Source of the DNA: a virus
Taxonomy: Duplodnaviria; Caudoviricetes
Length of the DNA stretch: 64,000 bases
Strand: one strand, 5' to 3'
Virus record (IMG/VR): IMGVR_UViG_3300007770_000001
The position numbers and the translations under genes are program-made. Below the pieces are notes generated by a model. It ran no database searches. It saw nothing but the letters and a program-made list of their open reading frames with translations, and was not told the origin of the DNA. Shown piece by piece: positions 19,352-28,834 of the stretch (position 1 is the stretch's first letter; each line of letters opens with the position of its first letter).

Positions 19352-20395
19352 ATGAAGACCGGCGCTTCCCTGACAGTTGGAGATAGGACTTCCCCTCTGG
19401 AGGCGGACCTCCTGGTTTCCATGGCGAGGGATCACTCCTTGATCGGGAAGGCTGTTCGGGTCTCCCCTGTAGCGGAAGGGAGACTCCAGAAGCGACGCGG
19501 GGAGACCGGAGAGATCACCGGCGTAGTCGTTCGGTACGGAGAGGTCGTCTGCTACGAAATCTCGATCGACGGAGACACCTACAACGCGACCCTCAAGGAT
19601 GTCTTCACCAACCGACAGGTCCTTGAGGATATCCAGCCGGCGACCTCGGAGATAGCCAAGGTCCAGGAAGCCCTGGCTCACTGGATGCAGCCCCGGACCT
19701 ACTGGGAGTCGCGGATAGACGGGTTGGAGAACCTGTTTTTCGAGATGGCCTCCCTCTCCTTGGATGTCCATATGGACATCACAGACGGGCTGAAAGTCAT
19801 CATCCCGAACGACTTCGGGGATATGGCCGTAGTTCCGGTGACTGTCACCCCCGTGCGGAACGCTTGGATGATGACCCTGGGGGTCTGCTGGGATCGTTCC
19901 CCCCGACCCTTCTCCAAAGGGGATGTAGCCAAAAGCCACTGGGTTCGTACCTTTGAGTTGACTCAGGAGGCGGCGGACTATCTGTGGAGAGAGAAGTCCC
20001 TGCCCTGGGGATTCGCTCTGGAGATCCTTGATCGGAACAAGCACCAGACCAAGAAGACCCTCCGGCCCCTGTTTGAGAAGACCATGCGGCGGGTCCTCGC
20101 GGAGTCCATGAAAGTCCTGGGCCGCCGGAAGGTCCTGGGTCCTGTTCATGTAGGGTTCTCCGATGTCCGCCTCCCGGCCACCGCTATTGGATTGACGGAG
20201 CCTCCTTCTGATCGACGCCCCTACACTGTGGTGTCGATATCCCCCCGCACTCTGAATGACCCCCACCAGCTACAGCAAGTGGTGCTCCACGAATGCATTC
20301 ACATAGCGGTAGCGTCTACAGGGGGCGAGCCTCACAACGCCGAGTTCATGAAGATGGCGGAGGCGCTGGGTCTCGACGAGGAATATCGCAACTGA
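19352..20395 (+). CDS. SprT-like zinc metalloprotease domain protein
   Basis: C-terminal VLHECIH...HNAEF (HExxH...H) motif. Confidence 0.75.
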   Translation: MKTGASLTVGDRTSPLEADLLVSMARDHSLIGKAVRVSPVAEGRLQKRRGETGEITGVVVRYGEVVCYEISIDGDTYNATLKDVFTNRQVLEDIQPATSEIAKVQEALAHWMQPRTYWESRIDGLENLFFEMASLSLDVHMDITDGLKVIIPNDFGDMAVVPVTVTPVRNAWMMTLGVCWDRSPRPFSKGDVAKSHWVRTFELTQEAADYLWREKSLPWGFALEILDRNKHQTKKTLRPLFEKTMRRVLAESMKVLGRRKVLGPVHVGFSDVRLPATAIGLTEPPSDRRPYTVVSISPRTLNDPHQLQQVVLHECIHIAVASTGGEPHNAEFMKMAEALGLDEEYRN

Positions 20396-20424
20396 GGTTT
20401 CCCCTCCCCACCCTGGGACGTAAC
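20394..20424 (+). promoter_or_regulatory. Phage promoter motif
   Basis: GAGGTTT-N16-GACGTAAC followed by GGAGG and ATG 20445. Confidence 0.8.
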
Positions 20425-20444
20425 TCTGGGGCAGGAGGGAGAAT

Positions 20445-20906
20445 ATGCGATACGACCCCCGGAGCTTTTCCGACCGTTGCAGCTTGGCTCGTGAGCTGAT
20501 CACCAAGCTGGAAAGCTGTGGGTTCTCCCCGACGGAGATCCCCGGAACTCAGGAGAAGGTCTATCAGCGCCAGGTGCCCAACACCTCCCTGTGGATCACC
20601 GTCTACACGACGGTCGTGGTCGACTCCTTCGATCCCAACGGCGCGCTTTGCGTCCGGACATCTGGTTCCGACGCCATCCGCGTGGTTCTCCTTCACACCA
20701 AGAACCGTACTCGGGGTGTCGGGAAGGAGAGGCGGGTGAATCGGACGGGCACGATCCCGCGGATCACCCACCGGATGCACGAGAGGATGCGGGACGCCTA
20801 CCTGAAGGCTCTCGAGACCGAGCGTTGCTCCAGCTGCGGGAGCGCCCTCTTCCTCTCCAAGAAAAAGAACCAGGTCTGTGCGGACCTCTGCTGGAAGAAC
20901 CGATGA
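20445..20906 (+). CDS. Hypothetical protein with C-terminal CxxC...CxxxC
   Basis: 153 aa ORF behind a promoter and RBS. Confidence 0.7.
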   Translation: MRYDPRSFSDRCSLARELITKLESCGFSPTEIPGTQEKVYQRQVPNTSLWITVYTTVVVDSFDPNGALCVRTSGSDAIRVVLLHTKNRTRGVGKERRVNRTGTIPRITHRMHERMRDAYLKALETERCSSCGSALFLSKKKNQVCADLCWKNR

Positions 20907-21097
20907 GCAAGAGAAGCCTACAAATCCTGGTCCGCCGCACTCGGGGAGGGCACGCCATGAACCTGGTCCGAGAGCGGATCTCTGAGATGTCGGATGAGGA
21001 GGCTCGTCAGTGGCTCGTTCTCTTCCAAAACGTCCAAACCCAGGCGCAGCAGGAGGGCGAGTCGAACGTCCGTCGGAGGTATCCGTGGCATCGGTAG
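20903..21097 (+). CDS. Small hypothetical protein
   Basis: ATG overlapping the previous TGA; 64 aa. Confidence 0.5.
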   Translation: MSKRSLQILVRRTRGGHAMNLVRERISEMSDEEARQWLVLFQNVQTQAQQEGESNVRRRYPWHR

Positions 21098-21864
21098 ACG
21101 ACCTGATCATGAACTGGTCCAAGGGACCCAAGACCCCCACCACCAAGAAGGCTCCTCCTCCGGCAGAGCCGGCCAGGGACACCTCGGAGCTCGCGGCAGC
21201 CCAGGCGCTTCGCAAGGCCCTCCTGGAGCTGGAGTCCGCAGGCAAGGAGTATCCCAAGCAGACTCACTGGATCCCCCTGGTCCGCAAGGCCCTGGGACGG
21301 AGCCGTCTGCGCCGGAGCCTGTTCGACAAGGTCGTGGCTGCGGGAATCCAGGCCAAGCTGTTCAAGAAGGATGGCGAGTACCTGTTCATCCCCCCAGAGA
21401 CCAAGGAACCGGCCAAGAAGCCTCCCTCCAAGAGGACGGAATCCCCTGGGATCCGGATTCCGGAAAAACCCAAGGCTCCCTCTCCCCACCGGATCATGGA
21501 CTGCGGGCACCCCAACTTCCAGAGAGTCCCCAAGGAGGGAACCGAGGACGAGGAGTATCTCTGCAACCAGGTACGTCCTCGGAACGTTCGCCGGTTCAAC
21601 GGCCCGGAGGACTGCTATATGTGCTCCGCAGGGCTCCCTGGGAAGCCCCAATACCAGAAGGGGGAGTACCGTAGCCCCGTTCCTCTGGGGAACCGTAGGA
21701 CGGCCTCCAAGGACTCCCATACAGGCTTTCCTGGCCTGTGTGCAGACCCTGAGACCGGCTTCTACATCGGGGGGGTTGGGAACAACTGCAGACTCTACCA
21801 TGACGGACCGGAACGCTGTGTAGCGCACGCTCCTCGGGAAACCAAGACCGGTAAGGACACGTAG
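21085..21864 (+). CDS. Hypothetical protein with Cys-rich C-terminus
   Basis: GTG 21085 with GGAGG upstream, inside ORF 21010..21864. Confidence 0.6.
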   Translation: MASVDDLIMNWSKGPKTPTTKKAPPPAEPARDTSELAAAQALRKALLELESAGKEYPKQTHWIPLVRKALGRSRLRRSLFDKVVAAGIQAKLFKKDGEYLFIPPETKEPAKKPPSKRTESPGIRIPEKPKAPSPHRIMDCGHPNFQRVPKEGTEDEEYLCNQVRPRNVRRFNGPEDCYMCSAGLPGKPQYQKGEYRSPVPLGNRRTASKDSHTGFPGLCADPETGFYIGGVGNNCRLYHDGPERCVAHAPRETKTGKDT

Positions 21865-21865
21865 G

Positions 21866-22012
21866 ATGAAACCGCAACTCGTGCAGCGCCAAGTCGTATC
21901 CACCGGAGGTCTGCAGAAGGCCCGGTTTGGGATCTCCGACCGCACCAAGGCCCGTGTCTTCCGGATTCTGCGGAGTGCTCTACACAGGGTGTCTGTCCTG
22001 GAAGGAAGCTAA
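21866..22012 (+). pseudogene. Orphaned original 5' end of rIIA
   Basis: MKPQLVQRQVVSTGGLQKARFGISDRTKARVFRILRSALH aligns without gaps to rIIA residues 1-40 (19/40 identical by eye), then runs into the endonuclease gene. Confidence 0.85.
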
Positions 22013-23068
22013 TCTTTCGGGGTCGAATGGCTTTTCGACCAAAGGCCAGTCTTCTTTTTGGAATATCCTCAGATCCACTTTATGCTCACCCAGTACCTTG
22101 TGCATTTTGGCTTTGGCTTCTTCTGGGAAATATCCCTTGACCTCTATGTAGATACCAAATGTTGGAATATAGAAGTCAGGCGTGTATCTCCGGTGTCCTG
22201 CGTAGCAGAGACTATGTCGTTCCCATAAGACTCCGCAACGGTGAAGCCATTCAGCGACCCGTTTCTCCCAAGTCCCTTGGACAAGGGATATGGTGTCCCC
22301 GTTCTGGACCTCATACCAAATACACCGGTTCTTGTAGTTGTTTCCCACCATGCGTTTGGAGTGGAACTCCCGGATGGGGGTGCTCCTCGGTGAGGCATAG
22401 AATTCTCTCAAAGATGCTATACGTTTTCTCTCAGAGATGGCTCGCTTTTCTGAGAATGCGGGCCCCATGCGCTTGGCGTTCCAGTCCTGGAGGTTAGCCC
22501 GGGCGGTCGTCCGAGCTGTTTCTGAACGAGCACTCTGCCAAAATTCTAAGGTCCCCTTGAGGAGTCGGTTCCTGACCTGCTCTTTTTGCTCGGGAGAATA
22601 CCGTTCCCACTGTCTCCTGGCTTGCTCCCGGAGACGTACTCTCTCCCGTTCCCGTTCTTCTGGCGTCATGGCTGCACGCCGGGCTTTCTTCCCTTCCCGT
22701 AGGGGTCTCATGTACTCTTCGATTTCTTGGGGAGATCTCTGATCCCAGCGTTCTTGATTCCCTCGAAGAAGCTGTTGGAGGACCCGTTCTTGATCTTCCC
22801 CGCCACAGGCCCATTGGTGCTTCGCTGAGCAACTACTCGAACAGTATTTGGAGTTGGTTGTATCCTTCCCACATCTGAAGCAAGCCTTCAAACGCTTTAT
22901 TCTACCGTGGTTCCTCTGGCACTCCTGGGAGCAAAAGGCGATCCGGTTCGCATGCTGGGTGCCGCACTCAAGGCAATCCTTGACCTGTTCAGGGTGCCTG
23001 TCAATTTTCCGGCACTTCCCAGAGCAATAAAGAACTCCTGCTCTTGAGGTGGCTCCCCCGCAAACCAC
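21980..23068 (-). CDS. PD-(D/E)XK homing-type endonuclease with repeated CxxC...CSxxC zinc fingers
   Basis: C-terminal WE...YTPDFYIP...YIEVKG nuclease motif. The frame stays open upstream to 23185 and includes a further zinc finger. Confidence 0.85.
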   Translation of the reverse strand: MVCGGATSRAGVLYCSGKCRKIDRHPEQVKDCLECGTQHANRIAFCSQECQRNHGRIKRLKACFRCGKDTTNSKYCSSSCSAKHQWACGGEDQERVLQQLLRGNQERWDQRSPQEIEEYMRPLREGKKARRAAMTPEERERERVRLREQARRQWERYSPEQKEQVRNRLLKGTLEFWQSARSETARTTARANLQDWNAKRMGPAFSEKRAISERKRIASLREFYASPRSTPIREFHSKRMVGNNYKNRCIWYEVQNGDTISLVQGTWEKRVAEWLHRCGVLWERHSLCYAGHRRYTPDFYIPTFGIYIEVKGYFPEEAKAKMHKVLGEHKVDLRIFQKEDWPLVEKPFDPERLASFQDRHPV

Positions 23069-23336
23069 GCAAAAGGATCTCCGAGGGGGTTTCCTGGCAG
23101 GGTCTTTTTGGAGGCATTTTCGGGAACAGTAAGGGGTCCCTCTTCCGCGGCTGTGGGGTTTTGAGCAGATGATACAAGTTTTACTTCAAAACCGTAAATA
23201 AGGTTGAGGACTGCCTATGCGAACTCACAGGACCCAAAGAAAAATAGTCCGAAAAGGCGGGCTTCAGACAGCAGGGTTTGGGATCCGTTCCCAAGGAACC
23301 GCGAAAATCTTCCGTATCCTCAGGGATTTCCTATAC
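21980..23336 (-). mobile_element. Intron-less homing endonuclease cassette inserted antisense into the rIIA 5' end, with a replacement N-terminus (boundaries approximate)
   Basis: Endonuclease ORF flanked by two diverged copies of the rIIA N-terminus; visibly more AT-rich than the flanks. Confidence 0.75.
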
Positions 23337-25553
23337 GGAGACAAGATACTCGCAGTATTGCGAGAGATCGGAGGGAACGCATGGGACTCCCACCGAGCCG
23401 CTGGGAAGCCGGATCTCCCGATACGGGTGGTCCTCCCCACGAGCCTGGAGCCGTCACTGGTCATCCGGGACTGGGGTCCCGGGCTCCGTGCAGGAGATCC
23501 TGACGAACCAGAGGAAGTCCGTGACCTCCTCGGTCCCAGCGTGTTCGGGACCTTCATCTGGTACGGGGACACCACCAAGGACGAGACCGACGAAGAGGTA
23601 GGCTCCTTCGGCATCGGCGCCAAGTCCCCGTTCGCATACAACGACAGCTTCTCTGTGGCCAGCTGGCATGGTGGTCTCCGTTGCGTCTACAGCGCAATGT
23701 TGGACGAGTCGGACGAGGGAGAGATGACTCTCTTCCACATGGCGGCTCTCGGAGAGCACATCGAGAGCTTCCTTGAGAGCAAGGAGATCCCGGTCTTCTT
23801 GCCTGCCAATGAGTGGGTGGGCCTCTCTACAGTCCCCGACCTGGAAGGACTCAAGGACGAGTTCATCGAGTGGCTTCGCGCCAAGGGGCTGGTATCTGAT
23901 TTTGAGACGGGGCTCGAGGTCAAGGTCCCGGTGGTACCCTCGGATTCCATCAAGTTCCACAACACAGCACGGGACCTCTTCCGCTACTTCGAGCCCCAGC
24001 CCGACATCAACGTCAAGCTCAAGCCCGCCGTCTACGCCTTTGAGAACGAAAACGGCGGGTTTGTTCGGGAGTCCCCTGATTGGACCTTGGTCATGGGCTG
24101 CATCCCGTACCGTGTCCGAGAGTCACGCATCCTCCCTTTCATCGGAGATGAGTACAAGTCCGCTTTCCGCACCCGTGGGGGGATTCTCCGCTGCGACATC
24201 GGAGAGGTATCGGTCACCGCCAGTCGCGAGGATCTCGAGTACACGGAACGCACCGTCGAGGCTGTTGTTCGCAGGTTCACCCTCCTGTGCCAGGCGGCCA
24301 TGCGTGACCTTGTCAGCAAGGTCACCAAGAGCTCCACGACTGATTGGGAGAAGCGGATCAGCGTCTTGGCTCTCCCGAAGGGTCTCCCTCTCCCTCCGGA
24401 GTTGGCGTCCCTCAATGAGGACAGGATCAAGATCTTCCGGAATAGGAAATCCTACGGCACCGCCCTTCCTGTCTTCCCGGCCCTGTACAACTTGCGCCGG
24501 CCTGTTCGGACCTACGGGAAATGGTCTCACCTGGATGATGCATTCTCCCTCCCCGTCAGCTCGAATACCCGTATCCTGATCAAGGACACCCACCACACTT
24601 GGCGTGGGTACGCTGCATCCACGTACGACCGGATCGTAATGCCAAAGCGGAGGGCTGACGTGGACGCAGCCGAGGCGCACATCAGGGATCTTCTCGAAAA
24701 GAAGGGGATGTCCGGAGTCCCAATCCTCAGGATGAGCTCCCTCGAGTTTACTCCTCCGGACCCGGCCAAGAAGGCGGCCATCGATACCCAGGCCCAGCAC
24801 AAGGCCAAGGTCCTCTCCTTGAAGGAGGACTTCGAGGATAGCAGGCCCCGCCAGAGGTCCTCCTACTGGGATGCGGCTGAGGTCGTCCTCTCTGCTGACG
24901 ATGTGTACGTGTTGACCCACCGGTTCCGTGCGGTGTCCCCAGGGCCTGTCGCCGACCCGGACACTCCGGAGAGCCTTCGGAACGGCTTCTTCGTCGAGAT
25001 CGAAGCGTTGCGGAGTCTGTTCCGGAACCTCAAGGTTCCGTTCCCCAAGATCTACGGGATCAAGAACCCCAAGGCCGATCGCTCGAAGATCCCTGCGAAG
25101 CCCTACGCAGAGTGGAAGATCGAGGCCCTCCTTCACCTGTTCAGGACCCATCCGGAACTGAAGGATTTCATCAAGTGGGCTCGCTTCAGTTCTGTCTCCA
25201 CGTACTCCTACTGCTCCTCGTATTCGGATCGAGAGATGTTGGGCCCCACCCACAGGTTCCTCGTCGAACAACTGGGGCCGGACCACGAGATCACCAAGTT
25301 CGCCGAACACCTCTGGAAAGCTCAAGAGCACACGCTCCATACCGGATACGTGGGCTGGGCTCTCTCGCTTCTTGAGGCCGCAGGACACACCCCAGCGATG
25401 GATCCGGCCGCTCTCCGAGACGACATCATCAAACGGTATCCGTTGCTCGGCGGAAAGCGCGATAGGAACTACCTGGGCATGTTCCGTTCCCGTGGGGAAC
25501 GAGAGCATTGGGTCCAGTACGTCAAGCTCATGGATACGCAGAGGAAGTCATGA
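23217..25553 (+). CDS. rIIA: rIIA-like protein (HSP90/GHKL-type ATPase N-terminus)
   Basis: LRE-x-x-x-NAWDSH, IRD-x-G-x-G, TK...GSFGIGAKSPFAY; followed by rIIB. Confidence 0.85.
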   Translation: MRTHRTQRKIVRKGGLQTAGFGIRSQGTAKIFRILRDFLYGDKILAVLREIGGNAWDSHRAAGKPDLPIRVVLPTSLEPSLVIRDWGPGLRAGDPDEPEEVRDLLGPSVFGTFIWYGDTTKDETDEEVGSFGIGAKSPFAYNDSFSVASWHGGLRCVYSAMLDESDEGEMTLFHMAALGEHIESFLESKEIPVFLPANEWVGLSTVPDLEGLKDEFIEWLRAKGLVSDFETGLEVKVPVVPSDSIKFHNTARDLFRYFEPQPDINVKLKPAVYAFENENGGFVRESPDWTLVMGCIPYRVRESRILPFIGDEYKSAFRTRGGILRCDIGEVSVTASREDLEYTERTVEAVVRRFTLLCQAAMRDLVSKVTKSSTTDWEKRISVLALPKGLPLPPELASLNEDRIKIFRNRKSYGTALPVFPALYNLRRPVRTYGKWSHLDDAFSLPVSSNTRILIKDTHHTWRGYAASTYDRIVMPKRRADVDAAEAHIRDLLEKKGMSGVPILRMSSLEFTPPDPAKKAAIDTQAQHKAKVLSLKEDFEDSRPRQRSSYWDAAEVVLSADDVYVLTHRFRAVSPGPVADPDTPESLRNGFFVEIEALRSLFRNLKVPFPKIYGIKNPKADRSKIPAKPYAEWKIEALLHLFRTHPELKDFIKWARFSSVSTYSYCSSYSDREMLGPTHRFLVEQLGPDHEITKFAEHLWKAQEHTLHTGYVGWALSLLEAAGHTPAMDPAALRDDIIKRYPLLGGKRDRNYLGMFRSRGEREHWVQYVKLMDTQRKS

Positions 25554-26836
25554 CCACCGAAGTCGAGTTCGACTACAACATCAGCCGCGAGTCCGCCACC
25601 ATCGTCCTGAACGGGGATATCTACACCCTCAAGAAGGGGGATCCCAACTTCGAGGAGGCTCGGGACAAGGCCCAGGATGAGGACATCGAAGGGCTCTTGG
25701 TCCTGTTCTCCAAGGGCCACGCTATCGAGAAGTGGACCGGTGGTCTGTTCCGGTTCCACCAGGGCTACATGATGTACAACGGCCGTCGGTTCCCGCCGGA
25801 GATGAACAAGCGCATGGTGGCGATGGCCGAGGCTGGGGACGACCCCACTGCCATCATGAAGTTCTGGCAGCGTCTGTCCAAGAACCCCAGCTGGCGCGCT
25901 GTCAAGAGTCTCTGGGGGTTCCTGAAGTCCCGGGGCATCTGCATCGACCTGGAGGGCCACATCCTGGCGTACAAGGCCGTGAATCCCGACTACACCTCCG
26001 TCCACAAGGATGAGGACGGAAACCCGGTCGACAACTCCATCGGCGCCAAGCCCTACATGGACCGGAACCGGGTCTCCGACGAGTACAACAGCCCCTGCCA
26101 CACGGGATTCCACGTCGGCAACCACCAGTACGCCAGCAACTACGGACCCCACAACCGGCGCATCATCGTGTGTCGCGTGGACCCTGCCAACGTGGTTTGC
26201 ATCTGCAACACCGCTCAGAAGATGCGGATCAACACGTACGAGGTCATCGGCAACTATGGGGCCCTCCTCCCGGACACCGTCTACGACATCAGCAAGGACG
26301 GCCTGGTCCCTAACCCTGCCGGGGGAACTCCTGAGGTGGAGAGTGTCCTGGACGAGATGGGTCCGGGAGAAGAGGAGCCGACCACAGCCCCAGAGAAGGG
26401 AGCTTCGCCCTCGGCCGTTTCCTCGGCCGCCCACAGCTTCGCTGCTCTCCTGGGCAAGGAGAAGGGCACTGTGGCCACACCCCCGGAGCAACGGGTGTCC
26501 TGGGATCTCTCCCTGGTTCCCGACGAGGCTCTCGTCAACGAGAACATGGCGAACCTCCGCAAGTACGCCAGCAACTTCCTGAAGATCGTCGGGGCCAGCC
26601 GGCTCCGGAAGTTGGATCACGATGGGGAAGAGGGCCTGATCACTGTCCTGATCAGGGAGCGCCAGAGGCGGCGTCGGGAGGTTTTCCGAGGAAGGGGCCG
26701 CGACGTAACCTCCGGGCAAGGAGGCACCCATGTCCGAACCCCAACGTCAAGCGAGCTTGCCCATGTCCTGGGCGGAAGCTGTCGCGGACCCCGGCGCTCT
26801 CGACCTCTCTGGGTCCAACCAGTACGATCTCCATGA
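25550..26836 (+). CDS. rIIB: rIIB-like protein (3' end probably extended by a lost stop)
   Basis: AYKAV-x-x-DY, DNS-x-G...MDR-x-x-V, C-x-x-GFHVG, V-x-VDP-x-x-VV, YEV; ATG 25550 overlaps the rIIA TGA. Confidence 0.85.
   Translation: MTTEVEFDYNISRESATIVLNGDIYTLKKGDPNFEEARDKAQDEDIEGLLVLFSKGHAIEKWTGGLFRFHQGYMMYNGRRFPPEMNKRMVAMAEAGDDPTAIMKFWQRLSKNPSWRAVKSLWGFLKSRGICIDLEGHILAYKAVNPDYTSVHKDEDGNPVDNSIGAKPYMDRNRVSDEYNSPCHTGFHVGNHQYASNYGPHNRRIIVCRVDPANVVCICNTAQKMRINTYEVIGNYGALLPDTVYDISKDGLVPNPAGGTPEVESVLDEMGPGEEEPTTAPEKGASPSAVSSAAHSFAALLGKEKGTVATPPEQRVSWDLSLVPDEALVNENMANLRKYASNFLKIVGASRLRKLDHDGEEGLITVLIRERQRRRREVFRGRGRDVTSGQGGTHVRTPTSSELAHVLGGSCRGPRRSRPLWVQPVRSP
26678..26709 (+). promoter_or_regulatory. 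Phage promoter motif
   Basis: GAGGTTT-N17-GACGTAAC followed by AAGGAGG and ATG 26730. Confidence 0.75.
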
Positions 26837-27359
26837 TCTTCCCGGGTTGCCTGGGATCTGTCTGGTCGTCTACGGGCAAGGAGGCCACACCCACGGCGCG
26901 GTGGTCTTCAAGAGGGACAACGACGGGAAGTTCCAGCCACTCGAGTACGCTTCCGGAACCCTGATGGAAGGGGAGCATCCGGGATGCTTCTGGTCCATGT
27001 CCTCCACTTTCCATCCGGATTTCTGCCTGGCTATGACTCAGCGTGTTTTGCTGAGGATCCGCCCTTGGAAGGACCGAATCGCGGACTGGGTCATCCAACA
27101 CCCCAACTTCCTCAACGACAACCCAACCGTGGTTGGTGTCTTGGCTGGGATCTCCAAGAATCCCGCGGAGGCTATGGATGCTCTTCGTGAGTGGTGTCCG
27201 GAGCGCCGCGCAGAGCTGGACACAGACCGTAACTGGTGTCGGAAGCCTCATCCAACACGGGAAGGCTGTGGGGACGAGGAGTGTGTTGACTGCACAGGCC
27301 CTCATCGGATCGACCTGAGCGTCTTCGACTTCTACTGCTTCATCTGCGACGAGGAGTGA
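26730..27359 (+). CDS. Hypothetical protein
   Basis: 209 aa with strong RBS and promoter; C-terminal Cys cluster. Confidence 0.7.
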   Translation: MSEPQRQASLPMSWAEAVADPGALDLSGSNQYDLHDLPGLPGICLVVYGQGGHTHGAVVFKRDNDGKFQPLEYASGTLMEGEHPGCFWSMSSTFHPDFCLAMTQRVLLRIRPWKDRIADWVIQHPNFLNDNPTVVGVLAGISKNPAEAMDALREWCPERRAELDTDRNWCRKPHPTREGCGDEECVDCTGPHRIDLSVFDFYCFICDEE

Positions 27360-27649
27360 TCCGGAACATGAACCGAGACACCCTGAGGCACCTCTCCCGG
27401 CTGGCGCAAGTCCGAACCAGCAAGGTGGTCCTCCCAGCGACCAAGAACGTCACGGGCATCCACATATTCACCCCGGAGGCCGACGAGATCTTCTCTGAGT
27501 TCTTCCGCCAGAACCCAAGCCTCATTCGAGGCTACCTGGAAGGGGATCACCATCACCAGTGGGTCACGTTCTCCCCGCCCTTCGAGTTCTGGGAACAAGC
27601 GGAGGACGCAGAGGCGGCTCTCCTCCGGGAGTTCCAGGTCAAGCGGTAG
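27356..27649 (+). CDS. Hypothetical protein
   Basis: 97 aa, GTGA overlap, GAGGAG RBS. Confidence 0.6.
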   Translation: MIRNMNRDTLRHLSRLAQVRTSKVVLPATKNVTGIHIFTPEADEIFSEFFRQNPSLIRGYLEGDHHHQWVTFSPPFEFWEQAEDAEAALLREFQVKR

Positions 27650-27673
27650 CCGGACTATTCTACCAGAGGGTGG

Positions 27674-28825
27674 ATGTCCCAAGACGCTCGCATCAGCTGG
27701 CCGTGTCCTCATATCGTGATTGAGGAACCGGTCTCATTGGGGTCCGACCGAACTTCTCTCCGGACCCGCGCGCCCATTGCAGGAGCGGGTGCGGTCCGGA
27801 TCCTGGTGAACAACACCCACTATGTCCCGGCACAGGGCCTGAAGGCTCCTGCCCGCCTGGTCTCGTGTTCTGCCGCACCCTATCCAATCCGGAAGTGCAC
27901 GCGAGGGGCGGGTCCAGACGGTGATCTGTTTACGGTCACGACCTCTGCTGGAACCGCCAGCGTTCGCCTCCCTGTCGGAGAGCGGGTCCTCCTGGATAGG
28001 ATCCTCAGATCTATCCGCCTCTCCGGGATCGATGATCTCGTAGTGGTTGAGTCCTCCAGCGGAGCTCTGGTCCTCATCGACCGACAGGAGTCAGGCCCTC
28101 AGAGCTTCATCCGGGTCTCAGGTCGCGCAGCAACCTCGATGGGCTTCCTACAGACGGGCGCTCGTGGTCAGTTCGTCTACCCGCCCTGGCGGTTCGGCTC
28201 CTCCCCAGACATCTACCCAACGGTTCGTGTCCAGGGAGTCCGCCAGGTCGGGTCCCGATTCCCACAGTTCACTCGGAAGGTTCGGGGCAATCCGACATTC
28301 AAGGTCACGTACACAGCGCATCCTGAGAGGTGTCCTCGGTGTTTGGGGACCTACGTCGAGAACGATGCACGGTTCGATACCTCCGGGGAGATGGTGGTCC
28401 TTGAGAACGAGGACCTCCTGCACCAGATATGCCTCAAGGCAATTCTGACTGAGAGGGGGTCCAATCCCTTCCATCCTCGCTACGGTTCGCGAGTAATGAG
28501 TCGGATCGGGTCCAAGATCGGAGGGGCGGCCGCAGCGCAGGTCCGGGAAGACGTGCTGTCCGTTCTCCAGCAGGTACAGACACTCCAGCAGAGCCAGAGC
28601 AAGTACCAAACGGTTCGGAACCGAGAGCGGCTCTACTCCATAGACAACGTCTCGGTCTCGAGAGACCCGGTCGACTTCACCATTCTCTACCTGGATGTGA
28701 CGGTCCGGAACGCTTCGAGGACTCCCATCAACCTGACGACGGTCTTCACCGTTCCTGGGGCCATTGCTCTGGCGGGAACAAACGGGCAGTCTCTCGGAAG
28801 CACCCGCTCTCCGAGGGTCGGGTAG
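27674..28825 (+). CDS. Baseplate protein with C-terminal gp25/GPW-like domain
   Basis: C-terminal L-x-Q-x-x-x-K-x-ILT-x-RGSNPFHP-x-YGS pattern and final beta strands typical of gp25; precedes the baseplate J-like gene. Confidence 0.7.
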   Translation: MSQDARISWPCPHIVIEEPVSLGSDRTSLRTRAPIAGAGAVRILVNNTHYVPAQGLKAPARLVSCSAAPYPIRKCTRGAGPDGDLFTVTTSAGTASVRLPVGERVLLDRILRSIRLSGIDDLVVVESSSGALVLIDRQESGPQSFIRVSGRAATSMGFLQTGARGQFVYPPWRFGSSPDIYPTVRVQGVRQVGSRFPQFTRKVRGNPTFKVTYTAHPERCPRCLGTYVENDARFDTSGEMVVLENEDLLHQICLKAILTERGSNPFHPRYGSRVMSRIGSKIGGAAAAQVREDVLSVLQQVQTLQQSQSKYQTVRNRERLYSIDNVSVSRDPVDFTILYLDVTVRNASRTPINLTTVFTVPGAIALAGTNGQSLGSTRSPRVG

Positions 28826-28834
28826 GGGTCTGTA

